Below, in pieces: positions 35,117 to 43,551 of a stretch of DNA of 64,000 nt (position 1 is the stretch's first letter; each line of letters opens with the position of its first letter). The translations under genes and the position numbers were made by a program. Origin of the DNA: Candidatus Poseidoniales archaeon (lineage in GTDB: Archaea > Thermoplasmatota > Poseidoniia > Poseidoniales > Poseidoniaceae). Location of the stretch: NCBI GenBank assembly GCA_038150305.1, contig JAYOTG010000008.1:8380-72379 (forward strand). Direction: 5' to 3'. The notes below the pieces were generated by a model. That model worked only from the letters and a program-made list of their open reading frames with translations, ran no database searches and was not told the DNA's origin.

Positions 35117-37096
35117 TTCTTCCTCGTGGGAAGAAGCGCGCAGACGGGCCACGGTGATGTCGAGCTCCGGGAGGTTGATCTGACCGTCTCCGTCGATGTC
35201 GATGGCCGAAATCAGACGTCCCATGTCCCATGGTGGCAGGTTGGCGATCTTGGCCCCACGGAGGGCATTCTGAAGCTCGCGGGCGTCGATAGAGCCGCTG
35301 TCGTCCAGGTCAATGGAACGGAAGAAGGAGAACACGTCCTGCTTGGTTTCATCGAGGTAATCCGCCAGCATCTGGAGCTCCTCGGGGACCGCGTCCGCGT
35401 CCTCTGGGAATTCCGTGACCTCGTCGTTGTGAAGGTCAGCACGGACGGGGATGACCGTCGGGCCTGTCGCGGCCTTTCCGTCGCCGCCAATGATCAACTC
35501 GGTGTCGAGCCCAACGCCTCGGCCGAGGAGGGAACGGATGCTCGTGTTGCCTCCGGAGAGGGCGTAGGAGCGGATGTCGCTGCCGACCGAGGTGCTGGCC
35601 GAAGCAGGGGAGAAGCCGATGCGAACGCTGACCGAAGCCGCGACCATGAATCCGAGGGCGACGCCGTAGAACAGGAAGGCGCCCACGAGGTCGAAGCCCG
35701 CCATGTTGGCCAATGCGGCCTCGACCATGTCCTCGTCGGAAACACCGCGCTCAACCGCGCGGGTGGCGAGGGTGGATAACGCGGTGGACACCGTCGCGAG
35801 GAAGCCGCCCAAAGCGACCATCCAGACGGCGGTGGACGCACCGCCGGTGTCGGCCGCAGCACGGCCGTTGGCCTGGGGAAGGTAGCCGAGGGTGGCGGAA
35901 AGGGCCAGCAGGCCACCGACGGTGAAGAAGAGACCGTGGGTGAGGGCCATGTTCAGGCCGTGGAGGCTTGCTTCACCGACGAGGGTTTCCATGCCAGAGA
36001 AGTAAGCGCCGACCGCGTAAATGGGCAGCAGGAACATCGCCAGCACGCCCGCCAGGCCGGCAGGGCTGGAGAAGGCCTGAGACGCGCCGGAGCGGGCGGT
36101 CTGGAGCAGATTGACCGAGGCCGCGAGCAGCGGAAGCATGCTGAAAGTCATCAGAATACCACCGAGGTTTTCCAGCAGGACGGGGGCGTCAACCTGACGC
36201 ACCGAGACCGCAGGCACGGTGAGGAAGAGCAGGGCGAGGGAAGCCGTGGCGAGGGAGGAAGACCAGATGGCTCGCTCCGAGGCCGCGGGAATCACCGCGT
36301 AGGCGGTGCCGAGCATGAGCGCGAGCGGCAGCCAGCCTTCGAGGGCCGCTTGGGCCAACCACACGGTCTGGGTCCCGCTTCCGAGTTCACCACCGATGTA
36401 CAGGAGCGGCGCGACCAGCATGACCACGAGCGCGTTGAGAAGGAACCAGCTCGTGTAGGCGATGGGCGCGTCGCCACGGTTGGCGAGGGTGATGAGGACG
36501 TTGACGAGGAGGGCACCGCCCACCACGCTGTGGAGGACCACGGAGGAGACGACCTTGCTAAGCAGGTCTTCCGTGGCCGCGTCCATGCCGAACAGGCCCG
36601 CCAAGGTCGGCAATAGGAGCACGAGCAGGGAGACGCCGGTGAAGACGAGCGCCATCATCGAGGCACTGGCCTCGCTGCTGAGGCGGCCGCCGGACGTGCG
36701 GGCGGTGGCGGTCAGGGTGGTGCCGATGAAGACCATCACCAGCCCGGTGCGCAGGGTCATGCTGATCGTCGTCGCCAACCCGCTGCCGTCGTCGTAGGAC
36801 CAACCGAGGCTGGCCAGGGAGTCAAGGGCGGTGGCGTCCCAGTCGTGCCAGCGGCCCACGAAACCGAGGGTGCCCGCGAGGACCAGCCACGCGAGACCGA
36901 AACGGGCCCACGTGCGGCCACCGCGGCCGGCGCTGTCGTCAAAGAGATCGACCGCTCCAGCCGGGGCCTTGACGAGCAAGAAACGACCGAGGGTCTGCAG
37001 GGGCTGACTCATGCCGCCGACACCGTTCTGAACGTAGTACGCGATGAGAAGAAGAGCGCCGACCATCACGCCGACGGAAATGAACACGGGTTCCAT
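35114..37096 (-). CDS. Polytopic membrane protein (about 12 TM) with a C-terminal pair of EF-hand Ca2+-binding loops
   Basis: The ORF is 660 aa. The C-terminus carries 'FFRSIDLDDSGSIDARELQNAL' and 'LISAIDIDGDGQINLPELDITV', two canonical DxDxDG EF loops. The ATG at 37096 is preceded by the Shine-Dalgarno sequence AGGAGGTG (37100-37107 on the minus strand), which immediately follows the stop of the upstream ORF. Confidence 0.7.
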   Translation of the reverse strand: MEPVFISVGVMVGALLLIAYYVQNGVGGMSQPLQTLGRFLLVKAPAGAVDLFDDSAGRGGRTWARFGLAWLVLAGTLGFVGRWHDWDATALDSLASLGWSYDDGSGLATTISMTLRTGLVMVFIGTTLTATARTSGGRLSSEASASMMALVFTGVSLLVLLLPTLAGLFGMDAATEDLLSKVVSSVVLHSVVGGALLVNVLITLANRGDAPIAYTSWFLLNALVVMLVAPLLYIGGELGSGTQTVWLAQAALEGWLPLALMLGTAYAVIPAASERAIWSSSLATASLALLFLTVPAVSVRQVDAPVLLENLGGILMTFSMLPLLAASVNLLQTARSGASQAFSSPAGLAGVLAMFLLPIYAVGAYFSGMETLVGEASLHGLNMALTHGLFFTVGGLLALSATLGYLPQANGRAAADTGGASTAVWMVALGGFLATVSTALSTLATRAVERGVSDEDMVEAALANMAGFDLVGAFLFYGVALGFMVAASVSVRIGFSPASASTSVGSDIRSYALSGGNTSIRSLLGRGVGLDTELIIGGDGKAATGPTVIPVRADLHNDEVTEFPEDADAVPEELQMLADYLDETKQDVFSFFRSIDLDDSGSIDARELQNALRGAKIANLPPWDMGRLISAIDIDGDGQINLPELDITVARLRASSHEEE

Positions 37097-37099
37097 GCA

Positions 37100-37107
37100 T
37101 CACACCT
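37100..37107 (-). promoter_or_regulatory. Shine-Dalgarno sequence AGGAGGTG, 3 nt upstream of the EF-hand membrane-protein ATG and directly after the TGA of the upstream small ORF (intra-operon coupling)
   Basis: The reverse complement of 37097-37113 reads TGA AGGAGGTG TGATGC ATG. Confidence 0.6.
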
Positions 37108-37110
37108 CCT

Positions 37111-37440
37111 TCACTCGGACAGCACCTCGCCGATGACGGTGGACACGATGGCGGTCGCGCCCACGATGAGGCCGATGAGGTAGTACCAGATGCCGCTGCC
37201 ACCGAGGTTTCCGAGCAGGGGCACGAGGTCACCGAGGACGGGAACGCTGTCCCAGCCGAAGACGTTGCTGAACAGGGCGAAGAGTCCGAGAAGGCCCACG
37301 CCGAGGAGGACGAGGACCATGCGGCTTGATTCTGGTTCGGCGTCGCCGACCGTGGATTCGTGGATGATGTCTGTTGATGCCAAAGGGACCACCACATGGA
37401 GCCCCAATGGGGCGTTTTGACCCACCTGAGGCACGGACAT
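37111..37440 (-). CDS. Small membrane protein, co-operonic with the EF-hand membrane protein
   Basis: The ORF is 109 aa with two hydrophobic helices. Its stop codon abuts the SD of the downstream gene, which supports it being real. Confidence 0.55.
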   Translation of the reverse strand: MSVPQVGQNAPLGLHVVVPLASTDIIHESTVGDAEPESSRMVLVLLGVGLLGLFALFSNVFGWDSVPVLGDLVPLLGNLGGSGIWYYLIGLIVGATAIVSTVIGEVLSE

Positions 37441-37480
37441 AAAGATTCACCACCGTGGGTGATGAAACCGCGCGACCGCG

Positions 37481-38641
37481 TCAAGGCGCCCTGAGCCGTT
37501 CAGCGGCAGGTGCGCGACGCGAGGGGGCGAGGCCAAGCGGTGCCGGAAGGGCGCGCTCGAGGGCCAAATCTTCCGCCCACCGAGATTCACAAGCGCAGTC
37601 CAGGCCGTCAAACTCCTGCAGGTCGCCCGAGACCGCATAGCGCTCGATGGCGGCCACCACGTCAGCGTCGCATGAGCCGCAGTTGTGGGAACCGCGAACG
37701 CGACCTCCCGCGGTCGGGTGAACGATGAGGCGGCTCACCTGGTCGTCGTCGCCGTTGACGCCCCCTTCAGGGTGAACGAGGGGGTGGGCACGTCGAATCA
37801 TCTCCACCAAGGACCACAGCCACGGCGGACGGTACTGGCGTGCGCGATGCAGACGATCGATGACCGTCCCGCCTTGGATGTTCATCGGGTTGATGGAAAT
37901 CTCATCCGCATCCTCAGCGATGGCGGCGATCCAATCCACGATGTGGTCCAACGCATCAGCTTCGCTCATGAAGGGCGGCTTGAACATCAGGTAAGCCTTG
38001 ACGCGCACACTGGCTTGCTTGAGGTTGGCCACCGCGCGGTCGTAGGATCTGACGCTGAAGCCCTTGTTGACGTGAAAGCGCAACACTTCGTCGTCATAGG
38101 CTTCGAGTCCGATGGCCACGGTGAAGTCAGCGTTGACGCTCGTGGCCCAGGCGAGCTTCTCTTCCGTCAGTTGCTCAGTGCGGCTTTCGACGATGAGGTG
38201 AAGCCCGCGTTCTGCACACTCACGCAGCACCCGCTCCTGGAAGCCAACGGGGATTTCTCGGTCTTCAAGCAAAGATCCTGAGGTGTAGACCTTGACCATC
38301 TGCACGTCGGCGAAACCGTTCAACTTCGCCGCAGACCAGTCCCATTGCGCATGGAGATCCTCCTCCGTCACGTCATCGCGTGTGTCGTTGAAGTAGCCAC
38401 AAAAGGTGCACCCGCTGGACCACCACCAATGGCACCCTTTTGTGCGAAGGATGACCGTCGCCGCCGAGCAGGGCGTGCCGTCGGGCAGCATCTCTGGCGT
38501 GGTGTAGACCGTTGCCGGTCGAGCGGCGTCCCAACTCGCTTGACGGCGGCGGGATTCAGGCGTGTTGGCCGGCGCTTTGACCAAGTCGTGGACCCGCTGG
38601 GCCTTCCCGCCCTGCCCGACCAAGGTCAAACGTGTCCCCAT
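37481..38641 (-). CDS. Radical SAM superfamily protein with atypical cysteine spacing (archaeal type)
   Basis: The motif 'ILRTKGCHWWWSSGCTFCGYFND' has a CX7CX2C-like arrangement. A second Cys cluster near the C-terminus reads 'HNCGSCDADV...CAC'. The start is chosen at MGTRLTL. Confidence 0.65.
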   Translation of the reverse strand: MGTRLTLVGQGGKAQRVHDLVKAPANTPESRRRQASWDAARPATVYTTPEMLPDGTPCSAATVILRTKGCHWWWSSGCTFCGYFNDTRDDVTEEDLHAQWDWSAAKLNGFADVQMVKVYTSGSLLEDREIPVGFQERVLRECAERGLHLIVESRTEQLTEEKLAWATSVNADFTVAIGLEAYDDEVLRFHVNKGFSVRSYDRAVANLKQASVRVKAYLMFKPPFMSEADALDHIVDWIAAIAEDADEISINPMNIQGGTVIDRLHRARQYRPPWLWSLVEMIRRAHPLVHPEGGVNGDDDQVSRLIVHPTAGGRVRGSHNCGSCDADVVAAIERYAVSGDLQEFDGLDCACESRWAEDLALERALPAPLGLAPSRRAPAAERLRAP

Positions 38642-38673
38642 GTGCCTCAACCCCGGCTCAGGTGAGCCTTGTT

Positions 38674-39753
38674 TCAACCTGCCGTGACCCGCAGGCCGTC
38701 CGCCCACGCCAGAAGGCGTTGCTCGTAGATGGGCGTGTGTGTGAGCATGAGCGTGACGTGGCCTTCGACCACAAGACCGTCGTCGGTGCTGTTGAAGGTG
38801 AGCTGGCTGGACTCAAACCAGCAGGTCACCTGTGACGGATTTTCGGCCGCCTCGGTGGCGGCTTCGCAGAGCGATTCGCCGTGGTGGATGCGGATGCGCA
38901 TGTCGTCTTCGCCGTGGACGATGGTCATGCTGCGGTTGCCGATGTTGCGGGCGCCATCAATGGGGTTGTGCGCCACCAAATCTTCGCCAGAACTGACACG
39001 CCCCGCGAAAATGCCGGCGTCCTTCAGGAAGGTCGGATACCCTCTGAAGGCCAACTCCTCCACAATGATGTCCCCCATGTTGGAGAAGGGTGAGTCGAGG
39101 AAGACGCTGGCCATGCGCTCTTCTTGGGCGAAGGCGATGCCAACGGTGCCCGCACCCATCGAGGCGCCCATCACACCGATGCGTTCTGCGGGCACGCCTT
39201 TCTCGTCCTGAATCCATTGCCACACGGCGACCACGTCGCGCCATTCCTTCTGACCGGCCGAGACTTGACCGTCTTCGAGCGTGCTTTCCCAGTGGTCGCG
39301 CATGTCCATCATGACCACATTGTACCCTGCCTCAGCCAACATGCCTCCCGGAAGAAGCACCTCGTGGTTGGCCTTGCAGGAGCGGATGCCGTGCACCAGC
39401 AGCACCCACGGTTCGGTGGGGTCTTGCTCGACAACCCACATGCTGAGCTCAATCGCTTCGTCCTCCATCTGAACCGTCGCGTTGGACCACACCGGCATGC
39501 TCCACGAGGCCAAACCTTCCGGCGCCTCGGCGGTGAGGTTGCTCGTGAGGTTGCTGGGTGCAGCATCGATCATGTCCGTGCCCCAAAGGTGCGGTGTGAA
39601 GGAGGCCGGCGTGTTGAAGGGGGCATGGTCTTGGCAGGTGGGTTCAGCCAAGGTCGCACCGCTGTACACGATCATGCCGGCTTGGAAATAGCCGTACGGC
39701 ATCAGGAACAGCAGCAGGGCCACCACCGCAGGAAGGGTCCGCTTCACGCTCAT
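38674..39753 (-). CDS. Secreted alpha/beta-hydrolase fold protein (serine hydrolase)
   Basis: The signal peptide is MSVKRTLPAVVALLLFLMP. The nucleophile elbow is 'GASMGAG'. The motif 'LLVHGIRSC' is also present. Confidence 0.7.
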   Translation of the reverse strand: MSVKRTLPAVVALLLFLMPYGYFQAGMIVYSGATLAEPTCQDHAPFNTPASFTPHLWGTDMIDAAPSNLTSNLTAEAPEGLASWSMPVWSNATVQMEDEAIELSMWVVEQDPTEPWVLLVHGIRSCKANHEVLLPGGMLAEAGYNVVMMDMRDHWESTLEDGQVSAGQKEWRDVVAVWQWIQDEKGVPAERIGVMGASMGAGTVGIAFAQEERMASVFLDSPFSNMGDIIVEELAFRGYPTFLKDAGIFAGRVSSGEDLVAHNPIDGARNIGNRSMTIVHGEDDMRIRIHHGESLCEAATEAAENPSQVTCWFESSQLTFNSTDDGLVVEGHVTLMLTHTPIYEQRLLAWADGLRVTAG

Positions 39754-40544
39754 TCCTCCGCGTCCCACAAGGGATGGAACACGACGGTGGTCCCGGCGTG
39801 GACCTCTTGACCGTTGGCCCCATTCTCGCCCTGCAACAGCGTGATTTCGGGGCTCCACTCGGCAACCGGCACGCGAAGTTCGAGCAGAGGCGTGGTCGAC
39901 ATGAAAGCCAAGCGTTGCCCACGTCGAACCGTCTCTCCGGGTGAAGACAGAGGCGTCAGCGCGAACCTCGGTCGAACGAGGTGAGCCACCACCTCAACCC
40001 GTCGCTCAGCGGATTCAATGACCCAGCGCAGACGTTCCGACCAACCGTCCGCCGCACGGCGGTGTTCCCCGGCCACGACCGCCCCGGCCATGGGGGCGCG
40101 GTGCACTTGGAGGTCGAGAGCCCCGACGGCGAGGCGCAGGCACCAGACGTCGTCGTCGCGTTCGACGTCCACCTCGGCAAAGCGCTGCTCGGTCTCGAAG
40201 GGAGTCGAGCACGCGCCTTCGGTCCACGGTCCGCCACCAAGGTCTTCGAGAACCTCATCGCTTGAGGTGGCCGGACCCGGGCGACGGTGCGTGGCCCGTT
40301 CGCGCCGGAGGTGAACGATGCGCCCGTCGATGGGCGCCACCAGAAGGCCAGCATCTTGGGGGATCTTCCGTGGGGGATCGCGGAAGCGCAGCAGCAGCCA
40401 GGATGCAGCACACAGCAGCAGCACGCCGAGCAGCGGACCAAGCCCAAACAGCGGGTCAACGAAGGCCGAAATCAGCAGCACGATGCTGCCTGAGACGATT
40501 GGTGTGACCACCATCGCCGAGGAACCCTCGGCGAGCCAGGCCAT
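39750..40544 (-). CDS. Phosphatidylserine decarboxylase-related protein (archaeal type, membrane-anchored)
   Basis: An N-terminal TM segment is followed by 'LLVAPIDGRIVHL' and a C-terminal region with 'AFMSTTP'. Confidence 0.55.
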   Translation of the reverse strand: MAWLAEGSSAMVVTPIVSGSIVLLISAFVDPLFGLGPLLGVLLLCAASWLLLRFRDPPRKIPQDAGLLVAPIDGRIVHLRRERATHRRPGPATSSDEVLEDLGGGPWTEGACSTPFETEQRFAEVDVERDDDVWCLRLAVGALDLQVHRAPMAGAVVAGEHRRAADGWSERLRWVIESAERRVEVVAHLVRPRFALTPLSSPGETVRRGQRLAFMSTTPLLELRVPVAEWSPEITLLQGENGANGQEVHAGTTVVFHPLWDAEE

Positions 40545-40552
40545 TCGCGTGG

Positions 40553-41419
40553 TCACGCTCCGTCCCAGGGATCCTCGCCGTCGTCCCACGTCGCGGTTTC
40601 CTCAGCGGGGGCCTCTTCGGCTTCGGGCTCAGCCTCGGCCTCAGGTGCCTCTTCGCTGGACGCGTCGTCGCTTGAGCCACGGGCGCGGACCTCAACCTCG
40701 TCGTCATCGGTCCCAAATTCACCGTCCGGGCCAGCCGAAATGGCGACTTCGACCACGCCAACAGGCACGACGATTTCGTCGCCAGAGCTCGTCGACGAGG
40801 CCTCTTCGGCGATGGCGCCTTCGGCCTCTTCGATGGTCATCTCGGCCGCGCGGGCTTCGACCATCGAGTCCATGCGCTCGACGAAGGCATCGGCCTTCTG
40901 CTGAGCGGCACGCTCGGCTTCCACGGCTTGCTCGATCATCTCGTAGCGCTCTTGGATGGCCTTGTTGAGGTCCTCGAAGAGGGACATGTGCGCGACGTAC
41001 CAGCCGTCACGCGCCTTCATCTCGGTCACGGCGAGCTTCAGGTCGTTGTCGAGCTCTTCCGCGATGGCGAAGACCTTGCCGAGGCGGTCCTTCTCACGGG
41101 TGTACTTTTCTTCCATCTTCTCGAGTTCGGGTTCGAGGTGCTCGACCCGCTTGGCCGACTTGGTGGAGGACATTTCGAGGTCGCGGATCTTGAGGTCCTT
41201 CTCCATCAGGAGGTTGTCCATGGCCTCTTTTTCGATCTCACGGTCGACGATTTCCTTCTCCAGGACTTCGATTTCTGCTTTGGCGTCAACCAGCTCCTTC
41301 TCTTGCTGCTCGTAGGCGGCATAGAGCTTGCGCAGTCGGTCGGTTTCGGTCTCAAGGGCCTGTTCAAGCTCGCGGATGCGGACCTCGTCGGTCACCGTGC
41401 CTTCGTCGCTCATGCTCAT
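40553..41419 (-). CDS. Coiled-coil protein with a long acidic C-terminal tail
   Basis: About 190 aa have heptad-like Glu/Lys/Leu periodicity. The tail is rich in Asp/Glu/Ala/Pro and ends 'WDDGEDPWDGA'. Confidence 0.5.
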   Translation of the reverse strand: MSMSDEGTVTDEVRIRELEQALETETDRLRKLYAAYEQQEKELVDAKAEIEVLEKEIVDREIEKEAMDNLLMEKDLKIRDLEMSSTKSAKRVEHLEPELEKMEEKYTREKDRLGKVFAIAEELDNDLKLAVTEMKARDGWYVAHMSLFEDLNKAIQERYEMIEQAVEAERAAQQKADAFVERMDSMVEARAAEMTIEEAEGAIAEEASSTSSGDEIVVPVGVVEVAISAGPDGEFGTDDDEVEVRARGSSDDASSEEAPEAEAEPEAEEAPAEETATWDDGEDPWDGA

Positions 41420-41558
41420 CGACCCGAGCCTATGCTCACCTGTTCGACCGTCCTCCACCCTATGAAGACGACGCCTCAGGTGCGTCGCTTGAGGCGAATG
41501 GAGCGTGGTGCGTTCCTCCACCGAATCTCACCCGTGGTACCATTCGCGTAACTTGCCA

Positions 41559-41564
41559 TTTATC
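41559..41564 (+). promoter_or_regulatory. TATA-box-like element TTTATC, about 27 nt upstream of ATG 41588 (leaderless hxlR-like gene)
   Basis: The sequence 'ACTTGCCATTTATCGTGGGCG' lies in an otherwise GC-rich intergenic region. Confidence 0.4.
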
Positions 41565-41587
41565 GTGGGCGAGACATACCTCGTCTC

Positions 41588-41908
41588 ATGGACCAAGAGG
41601 CGGTGTGTGACCCGGCCTACGGCCGCATGGACGATTTATTGGAGGTCTTGACGCGCTCCAAAGCCATGCACATCATGCTCGTGCTGGACCAACAGGGCCG
41701 CGCCATGCGCTTCACCGACCTCAAGCGTATCGTGGACAGCACCTCCACCACGGTCTCGCGTCGCCTGAAGGAGCTCAAAGACCACGGACTCATTCACCAA
41801 ATAGACGGGGGGGACGGCTCGGGTTCCTATGCCTTGAGCGAGGACGCGAAGTCGCTCAGCCCGATCTTTCACGACCTGTTCAACTGGGTCGCTGCGCGTG
41901 CTCACTGA
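41588..41908 (+). CDS. HxlR-type winged-helix transcriptional regulator
   Basis: The ORF is 106 aa. The motif 'VLTRSKAMHIMLVLDQQGRAMRFTDLKRIVDSTSTTVSRRLKELKDHGLI' matches the HxlR/MarR-like pattern. Confidence 0.7.
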   Translation: MDQEAVCDPAYGRMDDLLEVLTRSKAMHIMLVLDQQGRAMRFTDLKRIVDSTSTTVSRRLKELKDHGLIHQIDGGDGSGSYALSEDAKSLSPIFHDLFNWVAARAH

Positions 41909-42852
41909 AGCCCGTTCATGATGGCCACAAGCTTCGCGGCGATGGGCGGCTCGGTCATCGAATGCCCGGCATCGCCGATGATGTGCAGGCGACTGTGCGG
42001 CGCGGCGGTATGCAAATCCCACGCGCTTCGGGCCGGACACACGACGTCGTAGCGCCCCTGCACGATGTCGATGGGGATGTCCGACAACCGGTCCACGTGG
42101 TCCAGGATGAAGTTGTGCGGCATGAACACGCCATTCGTGAAGTAATGGCATTCGATGCGCGCGAAGGCCACGGCAAACTGCAGGTCGTCGGCCTTCAGTT
42201 CCGCACTCGCCTTGGGAATGAGGTAACTGGTCGCCATTTCCCAGCGGGTCCACTCCCTCGCTGCGGCGTGCCGCACCGCCTCGTCCTCGGAGGTCAGCCG
42301 GGCGTGGTAGGCGCGCATCAAGTCGCCTCGCTCGGCTTCTGGGATGTGGTTGCGGTAGCCTTCGAACGCATCGGGGAAAATGTGGCTCGCGCCCTCCTGG
42401 TAGAACCACGCGAACTCGCTGTCGCGGCACAGGAAAATGCCGCGCAGCACGAGGTGCTGGACGCGCTCGGGATGGTGCTGCGCGTAGATGAGGGACAGCG
42501 ACGAGCCCCACGAGCCGCCGAACACCACCCACGCCTCGATGCCGAGGTGTGCGCGGAGCCGCTCGATGTCGGAGACCGACGCCATGGTCGTGTTGTCCTC
42601 GAGCTCCGCCCACGGCGTCGAGCGGCCGCAGCCGCGCTGATCGAACTGGACGATGCGCCAGTGGTTCGGATCGAAGTAGCGGCGGTAATCGGGTTGGCTG
42701 CCGCCGCCTGGGCCGCCATGGATGACGAGCACCGGCGCCCCCTCGGGGTTTCCGGAGACTTCCCACGCCACGGTGTGCAGGTCGGTGACCTCCAGCATGC
42801 CTTCGTCATAGGGTTCGATGGTGGGGTACAGCACGTCGTCGAGGTCGGCCAT
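41902..42852 (-). CDS. pip: Proline iminopeptidase (prolyl aminopeptidase, alpha/beta hydrolase S33)
   Basis: The 316-aa core reads MADLDDVLYPTIEPYDEG...VLVIHGGPGGGS...QRGCGRSTP...GGSWGSSLSL.... The ATG at 42852..42850 was verified. The track's 507-aa ORF has a spurious N-terminal extension. Confidence 0.85.
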   Translation of the reverse strand: MADLDDVLYPTIEPYDEGMLEVTDLHTVAWEVSGNPEGAPVLVIHGGPGGGSQPDYRRYFDPNHWRIVQFDQRGCGRSTPWAELEDNTTMASVSDIERLRAHLGIEAWVVFGGSWGSSLSLIYAQHHPERVQHLVLRGIFLCRDSEFAWFYQEGASHIFPDAFEGYRNHIPEAERGDLMRAYHARLTSEDEAVRHAAAREWTRWEMATSYLIPKASAELKADDLQFAVAFARIECHYFTNGVFMPHNFILDHVDRLSDIPIDIVQGRYDVVCPARSAWDLHTAAPHSRLHIIGDAGHSMTEPPIAAKLVAIMNGLQ

Positions 42853-42927
42853 GCCCCGGCAAACCGTCGGGAGCGTGATGGTGTTTTGCACCACCAAGAT
42901 GATGCGATGCAGCCCGAAGCCACGCGC

Positions 42928-43551
42928 ATGACGGACGTGCGACCCGCGGTGGACGTGTTCAGCGACTGGGCCGAAGAAGGCCGCGACGAAGGGATGGAGC
43001 GAGGGCACGCACCTGCCGTTGGCGAAATGCTTGCCTTTGGCCTGACCCGCACCGCGGAACTGGGTCGGAGCTTCAGGGCCATCGACGTGGGCTGCGGCAA
43101 CGGTTGGGTCGTCCGTCAACTCGCCGCGATGCCCTTCTGCTCGCATGCCGAAGGGGTGGACGGTGCGCCTGCGATGATCGAGAAGGCCAAGCGCATTGAC
43201 CCTGAAGGGCACTACCACCACGCCATGCTTCCCGATTGGGCGCCCGAAGGGCGCTTCGATCTGCTCGTGTCCATGGAGGTGCTGTACTACCTCCACGACC
43301 CCGCGGCGATGCTCGCCACCTTCCGTGCATCCTGGCTCCAGCCCGGTGGCTGGGCCGTGGTTGGCGTGGACCATTACGCCGAACACGAGGACAGCCTCGA
43401 TTGGCCGGAGAAGGTGGGCGTCCACATGACGACCCTGTCTGAAGCACAGTGGCTCGAAGCTTGGGCCGCGGCAGGTTTCGAAGACGTGGAGACCTGGCGC
43501 GCGGCCGGCGACCCGGGCACGCTGGTCATCGCCGGGCGATGCCCGTCATAG
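42928..43551 (+). CDS. Class I SAM-dependent methyltransferase
   Basis: It was found in the C-terminal 207 aa of track ORF 41962..43551. The sequence is 'MTDVRPAVDVF...RAIDVGCGNGWVVRQLA...LLVSMEVLYYL...'. The ATG at 42928 was verified. It is divergent from pip with a 75-bp spacer. Confidence 0.75.
   Translation: MTDVRPAVDVFSDWAEEGRDEGMERGHAPAVGEMLAFGLTRTAELGRSFRAIDVGCGNGWVVRQLAAMPFCSHAEGVDGAPAMIEKAKRIDPEGHYHHAMLPDWAPEGRFDLLVSMEVLYYLHDPAAMLATFRASWLQPGGWAVVGVDHYAEHEDSLDWPEKVGVHMTTLSEAQWLEAWAAAGFEDVETWRAAGDPGTLVIAGRCPS

Noticed and set aside
41962-43551. A single 529-aa + strand ORF
   Set aside because: It is not one gene. The first roughly 320 codons are the antisense of the proline iminopeptidase gene. 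Only the last 207 codons (42928..43551) form a SAM-dependent methyltransferase with its own verified ATG.
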